64,000 nt of DNA from the human T2T-CHM13v2.0 reference genome, Homo sapiens, in the NCBI RefSeq assembly GCF_009914755.1, contig NC_060930.1; one strand, written 5' to 3'. Numbering within the stretch: the stretch's first letter is position 1; each line of letters starts with the position of its first letter. Below are positions 40,541 through 52,745 of the stretch, one piece after another. The position numbers and the translations under genes are program-made. Under the pieces are notes generated by a model. It was not told the origin of the DNA. It worked only from the letters and a program-made list of their open reading frames with translations, and did not search any database.

Positions 40541-43500
40541 CATATTCCCTAGTCTCTACTCTTATACTTTTCACTTATCCAGAATACATCAAGCAGATTC
40601 CATTTTAAAACACTGGAACTTAAAATGCAATTTGATTTACAATTGCAAGTAGGGTCCTCAAGCATCATATGAGATAGGCAAGACAAGTAAAGTTCCCACA
40701 TTAGACAGATTACAAAAGTGGAGGCTCAGAGAGATTAAGTAACTTACTATATTTTGAAATATGACTAGGTAGTAAAAATAGGCTTAGAACCCAGTCATTC
40801 ATTTCTGAATCCATTTCTGTTTCTAGTAAATTATGGTGCTTCAGGATTTAGAATTCTAGATTCTGGATTCTGCTTCTAAACTTCTGTCAAAGTCTTGTGT
40901 TATTTGGTGTGTACTGTACAATCTGGTACTTCATTACTGTCAATTACAATTTTCTAATCATTTCATAAATGTATACATTTTATTCACTAGCCATTCCACA
41001 TAGAAATGGAGATGAAAAACACAAACATATATTGAATATGGCTGAAATGAATAAAATTATAAACAAGTATTTATATTAACATAAGTAATACAAGAAAAAG
41101 AAATACGTTAGCATTACTCAAGTAAAAATTATGTTACACATGGGATAGTTGGCACTATGATCAGAACATAAATATGTAATGAACTATAAAAATCAAATTT
41201 GCTTTAATACAGACTTACTCTAATTGAAGGTTAATTCTGGTAGGTAGAAAGAAAAATTAAAAATTTGAATTGCCTCTTCCTCCAAAACATAATTTTTCTT
41301 TCCATTTAATTAAATTTGACAAATAATTCTATAAAATGCTTTACATTTTCAGCTCTAGATTTGGCTCCAAAAATTATAGTTGGGCATTTTGCTATTATGA
41401 AATATGAATATTTGAGTCACAGTTTAATAACTTAACTTTAGAGCATTATAATAACTTTTTTTAGGGAATGTAATTATCAGATACATGAAGATCAATTTAA
41501 CTTGGGATACGATATGTAACAATAACTTTTTATATTTAAAAAGCTAAAATATGCAAGAATACACTTAGAAAAGTGATTGTTTTGGAAACATAAAATACGT
41601 GGAAATAGAATGCCAAAAGGTTTATATGGCCAGTGATTATACAATCAAACCAGGACCCTTTCAAGAGTGAAAAAAGAGCTATTAATAATAGCAGAATGAA
41701 TGTCACCATAATCACTAAAATAACAATAAAGGGAAATAAAAGCGTTCTTGAAATTATAGTGATGAGTCCATTAGTAAAATTCATTCTAAATATAATAACT
41801 AAAGACATACACCTAGACATACAGCAGGCATACATCAAACAATAACCTAAACATACACCAAAGTTCTGAAATTTAGAGATTCTGTGAAATTTTTTGCCAT
41901 GCAGTTCCTCTACCAATGCTTTTAGGAGTTAGAATCAATATATTTCCCAGTATCAATCTGCTCAAAAACAAGTTTAAAACTGTGAAAAGATTTTGTTTCT
42001 TTGTTTGTTTTTAACATTCCTCCATACTAACTAAAGCACCCTGATTTAGTATGAAGAATCTGGGTTTCTTGCCTCAGTGACAAAACAGATTTCATTCTCC
42101 AGCAACATTTTTAAAAAATCCATTATTAATCCATTTAACCCTTTCAATCTGTAGGAGCAGTACCCAATTATCTTAGAAAAGCAAAGAGTAAAGACCAAAC
42201 ACATCAAATCTAATAATATCTCTCATAATTCCTGCGCTCCAGTTCTAAACTGCCACAAGACAAATACTTTGGGAGGGGGAAACGAAAATATAGTTTAACT
42301 CAAACTGTTAAAGGCATGAAATGTGAACAATAACCACTTACAGTATATAATACAAAAGCAATATGTGACAATAAAAGCATTCCACCATGGTACCAGGCAT
42401 TTTAATCCATTTTTATAAAGAACAAGAGGTATAAAGAGTTGAACAGAATTTTTTAAGATGTCCGGAGAAAGAAATATCCATTAGTAAGTGGCATTCTCAC
42501 TGGGATTGCATTTCGTGAATATTCTCCATCAAAAAGATGAGAATATCAGTTTTTACACATTAGTTCAGGAAAGTGATAGTCTGAAATTAGAGCTGCTAAA
42601 AACAGGCAGGTACTGTGAAATTCAAGGAAATGCTGCAGCAAATAGCTAAGGGAATGAAAAAAGGATAAAATTCTCCTTATCCTTACAAAATTGGCACATT
42701 ATTCCAAGTGAGGTAACAGGCAGAACCTCACAGTAGATTAAAGGGAATTTGAGGACAAATGTTTCATTCAATAGGCCTTTCTATATAGCAGATAACTTTC
42801 CACCCAGTAAAGAAGAGCCTTGTCTTTTATTAACTCCATTTGAAGGTTTGTGTTACTATTAAAAACCCTGTTTTTTCACTTATTCATGAATGTATTGGCA
42901 AGTACCTCTGCATCACTCATAAAATTCAACATGGCAGGTGGTCCTTAATTTTTCACCAAAACTATTAAAAGCTCTGCAGACGGTGACTGCCTTGTTTCCA
43001 TTTGCTTTTCACTTGTTTCAGCTGCCATTAAGCAATGCCTCCTGAATATTTTCAGATATATCTTCTATGAAAATAATAAAGACCTCTTTAGATACAATAC
43101 ATAATTATTTTTTTCTGAATGTTATCAGTTATCGGGTATATTTATTTCAAAGAATTTACATTTGCCATTTTAAAATTTATCTATTTTTAGTGCTCCATGC
43201 ACATCTGTCCTTGACAACACAATTACAAATTGAGAAACTTTAGTGCAATAAGTTCTCACCTGAAAGGAAAATAAGCAATAAAATTTATTATTTTAAGTTA
43301 CTGTATAATTAAGTGATACCTATCTCATTTTCATAAATCTAGGACTGAAGAAATTGTGGGGAACCCAAATATGATCTAATGCAATATCCCTCTAAAAGAT
43401 CATATTGTGTTTTATTACATTATCTGAAACAAACTAAAGGTTTATATTTTAGAAAATCTTTTTCACTTAAAATATGGCCCTTAAAAACTAGGATTTTTTG

Positions 43501-44168
43501 AGTTATTCTATAGACCAAATAAGCTGCTACTTTTGGCATCATAATTAACACATGTATCTATTAATTATAACAAATGGATAATTAATAAACAGCAAATTAG
43601 TCACAAATTTAATTAACCACAAATTAAAAAGTTTACAAGCTTTATGTCAATGGTTGTTGGAACAAATAAACTGACAAGTTAGGAGAAAAAACAATTACAT
43701 CCTGGAATTCTGTGACAAAGATTTTTTTCTTTTTATTTCTTTTTTTTTTTCTTATACCTGTGATCCTCTCATCCCAATTCCTCTGCTCAGTCTTTTGGAG
43801 AGAGAAATTGATGGCATTTCCATCTGTCAACAAGCACAGCCATACTTAAGTCATCATCAGCAGTCAAATTTTTCATTTCCAGTCACAAATTCTGAAATTC
43901 CTCACTTTGATCTCAGCCTTGTATCTTGTTCCTCTTCCACTTTAATCCAGCTTTCTATGCCTAGATAATCATTTCGCCAAATGTGTTCACAAACATTGCT
44001 CCAAATACCACTAAGAATTACATAAAAAGAATTTGATATAAGTCAACTGTACACATTATACCAATCCAATAAGTTTAGAAAACTTTGGATAGAAAAATTC
44101 CTTAAAACTAACCTCTCAAATGTTGTTATCTCACAGTATAAAGAAGGTGGAGTCCTTATTATGTAGAC

Positions 44169-44529
44169 GAGTGGTCCCCAACCCTTTTGGTACCAGGGAC
44201 TGGTTTTGCGGAAGACAATTTTTCCATAAATGGGTGCCAGGGTGGGGGCTGGGTAGAAGGGATGTTTTCAGGATGAAACTGTTCCTCCTCAGATCATCAG
44301 GTATTAGTTAGAATCTCATTAAAAGTATGTAACCTAGGTCCCTCACATGGACAGTTCACAGTAAGGTTCGTACTCCTATGAGAATGTAATGCTGATGATG
44401 ATCTGACAGGAAAAGGAGCGCAAGCGCAGGTGGTAATGAACCTGCCTGCCCCGCACATCCTGCTGTGGAGCCCAGTTCATAACAGGCCAGTGACCACTAC
44501 TGTCTGCAGGTGGGGGTTAGGGACCCCTG
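44169..44529 (+). mobile_element. MER1B (hAT-Charlie) DNA transposon
   Basis: TIRs gagtggtccccaacc / ggttagggacccctg. 8-bp near-TSD atgtagac / ctatagac. Internal 'gaagacaatttttcca', 'ctcagatcatcagg', 'cagttcaca'. Confidence 0.85.
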
Positions 44530-45191
44530 CTATAGACAATATAAATAATTTAAGAATAAACTTTTATTCACTCTGCTAACAAGTTTGCTTTGTCATTTCT
44601 CTTCTTTCTTCATGACACCTCTCTATTCTTATTCCAGCCATTTCCCCACCTTACCATTCAGTCCCCGGTTTACTGAACGAGGTTTTTTCCCTCACCACTG
44701 TTTAAGCGATACAATGAGATCCTACTCGCTCCATGTGGGTGTCCGTGAAAAACTCTCCCACCAGGATTTAATCTAACTTGTCCTTCCAGCTTTTTCTACC
44801 ACTACTCTTTTTAAAAATATCCATGAAAAGGTCCCAACATAGCCAAGTCATTTTCAAAAGGTATCACTACCATCACACACAGCCACTATCCAGAGCCACA
44901 TTCATTCTAAGAAAAACTACTTGACTTTCTGAATGACCAAGGAGATTTTAGGGAAAGTGAGTATTTGAAACTGCTTCCGTCTCTTTGTCCACTGAACCCA
45001 ATCAACAAGTCTTTATCCTGTTTTAAGAGCCCGATGTTAAGAGAGCTTAATTTGATGGACCCATCATTTAAAAGAAAATCTCCATTCCCCACTCCCTTAA
45101 ATATTCTAAATAATTCAAACATAAACTCTCATGCTACCCAATAATTAACACTTACCAAGCATTTATTTTGTTCCAAGGACATTACACTGTA

Positions 45192-45269
45192 GTGTGTGTG
45201 TGTATATATATATACATATATACATACACATATACATATATATAAAATATACAATGACTTATATTGGAA

Positions 45270-45300
<31 letters not shown>

Positions 45301-45349
45301 ACAATGACTTATATCAGAACTCATTTTGTGTGTGTGTGTGTGTGTGTAT
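45192..45349. repeat. Compound (TG)/(TA) microsatellite containing a duplicated ~50-bp unit
   Basis: tacaatgacttatat(tg/ca)gaactc+(TG)n occurs at 45250 and 45300. Confidence 0.9.
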
Positions 45350-45389
45350 AATTTAATGTTAATAATAATCTTGGATGTCACTCAATGCA

Positions 45390-45520
45390 TAGATTCTATC
45401 ATGGTTCCTCAGTTTAACGTGAGGAAACTTAAAGTTATGTGAGATTAAGTAGCTCGCCCAAGGTCACAGCTGGTAAGTGGTAGAGTAAACGCTGGTCCCT
45501 GAACTCTTGCACTTCACCAA
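45390..45520 (-). mobile_element. MIR fragment
   Basis: 'gtgaggaaact..gattaagtagctcgcccaaggtcacagctggtaagtggtagag'. Confidence 0.75.
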
Positions 45521-45703
45521 CAAAATGTATTTCTAAGGGCTTGCATTTAGGATTACATCAAATTACACCACCAAAATGTAATATCTTAGGCAATAATTTA
45601 TTTGTCATAAAAATGTAAAAATAAAATATTCTGGGACTTCTAAGGAGATATTAGTTTTGATCATAAAAATCAGAGAGGGCTTCCTGGAGGAGTAATAGTT
45701 GAG

Positions 45704-45992
45704 GTTTTTCTTTTTCTTTTTTTATAGACAATGTCTTGTTGTCACCCAGTTTACTGCAGTAGTACCATCATAGCTAACTGTAGCCTCGAACTCCTGGGCT
45801 CAAGCCATCTGCCCACTTCAGCTTTCATAGTAGCTGAGGCTACAGGAGTGTCAGTGTGCCTGGTTAATTTTTTGTACAGACAAGGTCTTGCTTTGTTGCC
45901 CAGGCTGATCTCAAACTCCTAGCTTCAAGGGATCCTCCTGCCTCAGCCCCGCAAAGTGCTGGTATTACAGATATGAGCAACCATGCATGGCC
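45704..45992 (-). mobile_element. AluJ element (diverged)
   Basis: 'catagctaactgtagcctcgaactcctgggctcaagc...ttgcccaggctgatctcaaactcc...caaagtgctggtattacag'. Confidence 0.9.
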
Positions 45993-47753
45993 AACATGAG
46001 TTTTTGGAGGACATATAATATATAAACCTTTTATGAGGAGATGGAAGAAAATCAGTATCAGGAAAGTAAAATAAGCACACTCAAAAATATTAAAATTATT
46101 GACCAAGTTAGTTTGGCTGAAGTGAATTTGGCTTAAAAAGAATAGTTAAAAAATAAACTCAGAAACCTAATGTCATGTGTTACCCTTAATACATCTCATT
46201 GTTTTACTAAACACTAGTTCTACCTCCATAATGTGTCCCTAACACATCCCCCTCCCTTCTCTCCCATTTTCAGCAACAGGATCTTAGCTCAGAGTCTTTG
46301 CCTAAAATTTTTCCAAAAGAAGTTGTTGCCTTCAGCCTCTCTCATATCTAGTTCAGTATTCAGTAATAACTTTAACTTCCCTTAAAGTTATTACTATAGC
46401 CAAAATTTAATCATTATGCCCTCCTTAAGAATTCTTGGCCATTGTTCCATAACTACAAAGAGTAGTACAAATTCTTTGGTACAACATAGAAAGCCCTCCA
46501 GAACTTAATGCAACTTTTCTACTTTCCTAGCTTTATCACTATAATCCTTCTCACTCAAGCCCTAGCTATCTGATCATCAAATAAGAGCTGCGATTTCATA
46601 TGTCACCCACTTTTGTTCATCATGCTCACTGTGCCTAGAAGTGCCCTCACAGGATCGCACATTTGTCTATTAAACCTCAATGCACATATTATCTCCTGAA
46701 AGACCTTATTTGTTCCCTCCTTGAAATTTATTCCCTCACTTTAATTAGAATTAATTTCTGACTTATATTGTAACTTGTTATTGAACGATTTGTCTTCTTA
46801 AAATATTTCTTGTAATTTAGCATGAAAATCAGTGTTAATTTCTTAAAACAAACCTACTGAATGGCATGAAGGTAAAAAACTATATTACTATATTTTCAAT
46901 AGAAGGAAGAAACCCAGAGATTTGGAATATGAAATAACAGACCATCAAAAACTAGTTGCACTACAAACACAAATATGTGTGTAATATAAAATATATGGCA
47001 AAATTTAATATGCCATTGAAGAAGATTATAGCAATGTATGCACTTCCTTTTATTAGCTATGTAATTAATTTGGTTTCCTTTTAGGGATTAATACACTATT
47101 ATATACCAATTTCTTCCTTACATAAAATGGCACATTTACTATTAGAACTCATGCTACCCATTTGCATGTTGTTCTATAAATGAAATTCATTCCCACAAAA
47201 CAATGTAACTGATTGCAAATGTATAATGGTTTATTAGTAACAGCAATAGCTCAAGAACTAGTATTAATAGAAGAGAAAAAATATATGTGTACGCATATGA
47301 ATATATAATAGATATTTACATATTATGTAATACAGTGTGTCTAAATAATCCACCTCTATGTCATCTAGCAGTCAGAAAGGAATAATAAAAATCAAACGCT
47401 TTCATACTTTTAACTCCCGCAAAACTTGTTTTCCTTCTACATTTATAGTAGTATATTAAATAAATTGGTCCAGATTGCATTTTTTAATTTATACTGGAAT
47501 ATTCTTGAAAATAAAAAACCCTATATTTATTAACTACAATGGTATCTCATATTTTTATTTAACAACAACCAAAAAAGTACTTGCACCCCACTTATTAATG
47601 AGACTGAAGAATGAGACAATGATGGGTAATTTTGTCTTGTTCTACTCCCATGAGGCTTTTTCTTTGTAAAATTATATATAAATATATTAGATATACATAG
47701 AGATGGTGATGTGTGGATGGATGGATAGATTAGATAGCTAGATAGATAGATAG

Positions 47754-49918
47754 ATAATTAGTCTATTTTCATACTGCTGTGAAGAAATACACAAGACTGA
47801 GAAATTTATAAAGGAAAGAGGTTTAATTGACTCACAGTTCTGCATAACTGGGAAGGTCTCAGGAAACATAATCATGGTGGAAGGGGACGCAAACACGTCC
47901 TTCTTCACATGGCAGCAGGAGAGAGAAGTGCAGAGTGGAGTCAAGGAAACTCCTTATAAAACCACCAAATCTCATAAGAACTCATTTACTATCATGAGAA
48001 CAGCATGGGCAGCAGAGGGGGACTGCTCCCAACACATAGGGATTACAATTCAAGATGAAATTTGGATGGGGACACAGAGTCAGGCCACATCATTCCACCC
48101 TGGGCACCTCCCAAATTTCATCCTTCTCAAATTTCACAACACATTTATGCCTTCCCAACAGTTCCCCAAAGACTTAACTCATTCCAGCTTTAACCCAAAA
48201 TTCCAAGTCCAAAGTCTCATCTGAAACAAGGCAAGTCCCTTCTGACTATGAGCCTGTAAAATCAAATGCAAGTTAGTTACTTTTTAGATACAATGGGGGT
48301 ACAGGCATTGGGTTAATAAACCCATTCCAAATGGAAGAAACTGGCCAAAATGAAGAAGCTACAAGCCCCATGCAGGTCCAAAATCCAATAGGGCAGTCAT
48401 TAAGCCTTAAAGTTCCAAAATGATCTCTTTTGACTCTATGTCTCACATTCAGGTCACGCTGATGTAAGAGGGGGGCTCCCCATTCTGGCTGCTTTCATGA
48501 GCTAGCAATGAGTGCCTGTGGCTTTTCCAGGTGCACGTGTAAGCTGTTCATGGATATTCCATTCTGGGGTATGAATAATGGTGGCCCTCTTCTCCCAGCT
48601 CCACTAGGCAATGCCCCAGTGGGGAGTCTGTGTGGGAGCTCCAGTCCACTTTTCCCTTCTGCACTACCCTAGCAGAGGTTCTCCACGAGGGCTCCACACC
48701 TACATCTGGGTGATTCCATGCATCATCTGAAATTTAGGAGGAGGTTCCCAAACCTCAATTCTTGATGTCTGTGCACCTGCAGGACCAACACCACATGGAA
48801 GTTGCCAAGGCTTGTGGCTTGCATCCTCCAAAGCTATGGTCTGAGCTGTACCTTGGCCCCTTTTAGCCACAGATGGAAGGGCTGGGATGGAGGGCACCAA
48901 GTCCCTAGGCTGCACACAGTAGGGGGGTCCTGGACCTGGCCCACAAAACTGTCCTTTCCTCCTAGGCCTCTGGACCTGTGATGACAAGGGATGCTGTGAA
49001 GGTCTCTGACATACCCTGGAGACATTTTCCCCATTATCTTGGCAACTAACATTTGGCTCCTTATTACTTATGCAAATTTCTGCAGCATATTTCTCCCCAG
49101 AAAATTTTTTTTTCTTTTCTACCACATCACTAGGCTGCAAATTTTCCAAACTTGTATGCTCTGTTTCCTCTTGTATGCTTTGTTACTTAGAAATTTCTTC
49201 TGCCAGATACCCTAAATCATCTCTCCCAAGTTCAAAGTTCCACCAATCTCTAGGGCAGGAGCAAAATGCCAGCAGTCTCTTTGCTACAGCATAGCAAAAG
49301 TCACCTTTGCTCCAATTCCCAATAATTTCCTCATCTCCATCTGAGACCACCTCAGCCTGAACTTCATTGTCATCATTATTGGCATTTCGGTCAAAGCCAT
49401 TCAATAAGTCTCTAGGAAATTCCCAACTTTCCCACATCTTCCTGTCTTCTGAGCCCTCCAAATTGTTCAAACCTCTGCCTGTTACCTATTTCCTAAGTCA
49501 CTTCCACATTTTAGGGTATCTTTATAGCAGCACCCCACTACCTGATACCAACTGACTGTTTTAGTCTGTTTTCACACTGCTATGAAGAAATAGCCCAAAC
49601 TGAGTAATTTATACAGGAAGGAGGGTTAATTCACTCACAATTACGCATAGCTGGGGAGGCCTCAGTAAACTTATGATCATGGAGGAAGGGGAAACAGACA
49701 TATCCTTCTTCACATGGCAGCAGGAGAGAGAATTGCAGAGTGAAGGGGGGAAAACACCTTATAAAACCATCAGATCTCATAAGAACTCACTATCACAAGA
49801 ACAGCATGGGGTAATCACCTCCATGATCTAATCAACTTGCATGAGGTCCCTCCCCCAATACCGGTGGATTACAATTCAAGATGAGATTTGGTGTAGGACA
49901 TAAAGCCAGACCATCTTA
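47754..49918 (-). mobile_element. Full-length THE1 (THE1C/D-like) MaLR retrotransposon: 3'LTR 47754-48092, internal 48093-49556, 5'LTR 49557-49918
   Basis: Two homologous ~350-bp LTRs flank a THE1-int sequence. ORFs 48700-49149 and 49183-49470 are MaLR internal ORF remnants. 'gatag' flanks both ends. Confidence 0.92.
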
Positions 49919-49937
49919 GATAGATAGACAGACAGAC

Positions 49938-49996
<59 letters not shown>

Positions 49997-50010
49997 ATAG
50001 ATAGATAGAC
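49917..50010. repeat. (GATA)n/(GACA)n tetranucleotide microsatellite
   Basis: About 13 uninterrupted GATA units, plus GACA units. Confidence 0.95.
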
Positions 50011-51189
50011 ACAGAGACATACACATGTACATATAGCAATTCATGATCCAGGAGGAAAATATAAAGAACATAGAGTAATCCAAATAGTCCACCAACAAAA
50101 GATGACCCACATGAACATTATCTTGTATATTCCTCCAGTCTTTTCCTAAAAACATGTATCACATTACTTTGTGCACTTCTTTCTTCCTTAGTCTAATATC
50201 ATTAACATTTTTCCATGAAAGCAAATATAATTTAATGACATAATTTAAGAGTTTCAATGACATTTCACCATAAGGATATTCATAATAGTCTTAATCCCCT
50301 ATTCTTGGACATTTAAGTTGACATCTTTTCAAAAGTCAAAAGGCATTTTCTCACCCTGGAAGAGAATCCCTATTATTATCAATATTACCATCATCAAAAT
50401 CACTTGTTGGTACTTCACTACATTTTGGATAAGGACATATAATCGGTGCTTCCTGCTTTACAGAAGTTATCTAAATGACTTCATTTATATGTGTAATCAT
50501 TGCTCTTCTATTTACTCATTAGGTGAGTTAGGCAGGGTGCTATGTGAAGGATATAAAGAAATGCTATTATTTTGTAGTAACCTATAATCTAATGGGGCAC
50601 ATTACAGTAAAGTGGGTACATATTGAAAGCCTCTCTGACCAGCACGACTGTGGGCTTGTTCAGAAGGAAATGGGGAGAATAGTGAAGGGTGATAAGCTTA
50701 GAAGAACCTTCTGTAAAGAGATAACAATCCAGGCAGAAAATTACAATATATTATAATCACAGGGGGGAATAAAACATTTAGGATATTTATTCAGTGTCAT
50801 TAGGTGATGCATAAAAAGATAAGCAAAGGTAAGTAAAAAAAGGATTTTGATTAAATATTAAGAAAGATCTTAGAAACTATGGGAGGAAATGATATATTTT
50901 AAAGAAAATCATAACATGATTGAATTTGCAATTTAAAAAATGACGCTGGAGAGTGAGTAGAAAAAATAATGAAGGGGAGCAAGATCAAATGCACACAAAT
51001 AAATTAGGAGGCTACTGACACTCTGTAAGATAGATAAGACACAGACTTAAACCAAAATAGTGCAGTAGGATGTACAGAAATTGACAGAATAGATTTTGGA
51101 GATATTTGGAGAGAGAATCAATAAGATTTCTGTATCATTTCCAGCCACATTTACCAAAATACAAACCCAGAAAGCAATTCTTAGAATAA

Positions 51190-51480
51190 CAATTGTAGCT
51201 AACATTTATTGATATCTTACCATGAGTTAGACAGTGTGTTAAATGCTTTACAAGCATCATCTCATTTTTATGCATATTTATTGTCCATTTTCTATGTGCT
51301 AGTACTTTGTGTGTATTACATCACTTGTTCCATACACAACCTCTTGAAATAGATACTGCTAATATTTCCCACTTTGAAAGTAGGAGACAAAGGTCTTGAG
51401 AGATTAAATAGCTTTCGCTTTCACACAGCTAATCACGTGGTGGGTTCTGGACTGGCACCTCTGTCTATTCGTCTGGAAGA
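51190..51480 (-). mobile_element. MIR fragments
   Basis: 'tagctaacatttattga..cttacca..atgctttaca..catctcattt' and 'gagattaaatagc..tcacacagctaat'. Confidence 0.55.
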
Positions 51481-51839
51481 AATATTCTTGATAATTATTT
51501 ACTTACTTTAATAGGGTTATGCTGTCAATCTAATCTGAAATATGTCTCAAAAAGTCTCCTGAAAATGGAATACTTATTTACGCATTACAAAAGATGCATA
51601 AAAGTAAAGTATCATTAAATTCTTGTCAGAGGAAAAATAAGCAAGTAAAAATAGAACAAACGTTGGAATAAATTAGCTATAATTTCAATCCTAAAAATTA
51701 TGAACTGCCACAAAAGTAAATGAATACTTAATTTCACCCTTCTTCAACTAGAAATTAAAAAGATGAAAGTTTTCTTAAAAAAATGATATTGGAATCTGAG
51801 TCCACAGCACTATTCAACAATAACAACAAGAAGTTGGGA

Positions 51840-52745
51840 CTAGAGAAAGAAAAAACTTTCTTACAGAATAAAACAATAAATACAGAAGGAATAAGATACA
51901 CAAAATCAACACTTTGTACTATCTGTAACAAATGATTCCAGTTGACATCTTAATGATAAAGCAGTTTGTAAAAGATTGTCAGTGAATTGGAAAATTTCTG
52001 TGTCCCCAAGTATCACTGAAATTTGTAAATTTATAATACAGGGTTCTGGTTTAACAAAATCACTAAACTTTAGCATCAGAAATAAGGAGACAAAGCAGCA
52101 TGCTGTCACTCAATGGAAAGTAAACCACATCAACTATATTGTATCCCTGCCCCCAAAATTCAACTTGAATCTAACATTTAAAGAAATAAGAAAATCTACA
52201 ATGTGGAATATTCTAAAAGGTAACTGGTCTGGATTCTCAAAAAAAAAATCAGTACAGTAAAAAAAAAAGGTGAATGAAAGTTTCAAATTACAAGAAAAGA
52301 AAAAAATTATGTCAACAAAACAAATATGAAATACTTAACTGAATCATGAATTGAAAAAAATCAGCCATAAAAAAGGCAATTTGAAGTAGGTCAGAAACTG
52401 GCATATTAACTACATAGAAACTACACATTAAGATAAATTTTAAAATAAATATTAAATTTCCTGGATTTTAAATATGGCATTGTGTTTATGTAAGAGAACA
52501 TCTTCATTTTGAGAACATATGCTAGAGTCTTTAGGCATTGACTGTCATGATGCCTGTAACTTACTTTCAAATGGTTCAGCCAGGACAAAAAAAAAAAAAA
52601 AGTTTATACACATACAGGGCTGGGGGGAGTGGGGATATAAATGTAGAAAAATTGTAACAATTAGAGTGTCTGAAGACCATAAGGGTGTTCATTATACTAT
52701 TCTATTTTCCTGTTACTTTGGCATTTTTAAAGGAAATAAATAAAA
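51840..52745 (+). mobile_element. Old L1M (L1MC/MD-like) 3'UTR fragment
   Basis: 'tgtggaatattcta..taactggtctggattctcaaaaa','atggcattgtgtttatgtaagagaa','gggtgttcattatactattct'. Boundaries are approximate. Confidence 0.55.

Noticed and set aside
41536-41916. 126-aa hydrophobic ORF resembling a membrane protein
   Set aside because: T-rich strand composition yields F/L/I runs. It has a non-ATG start and no splice or homology support.
48700-49470. 149-aa and 95-aa ORFs
   Set aside because: Broken remnants of the THE1/MaLR internal ORF, not host genes.
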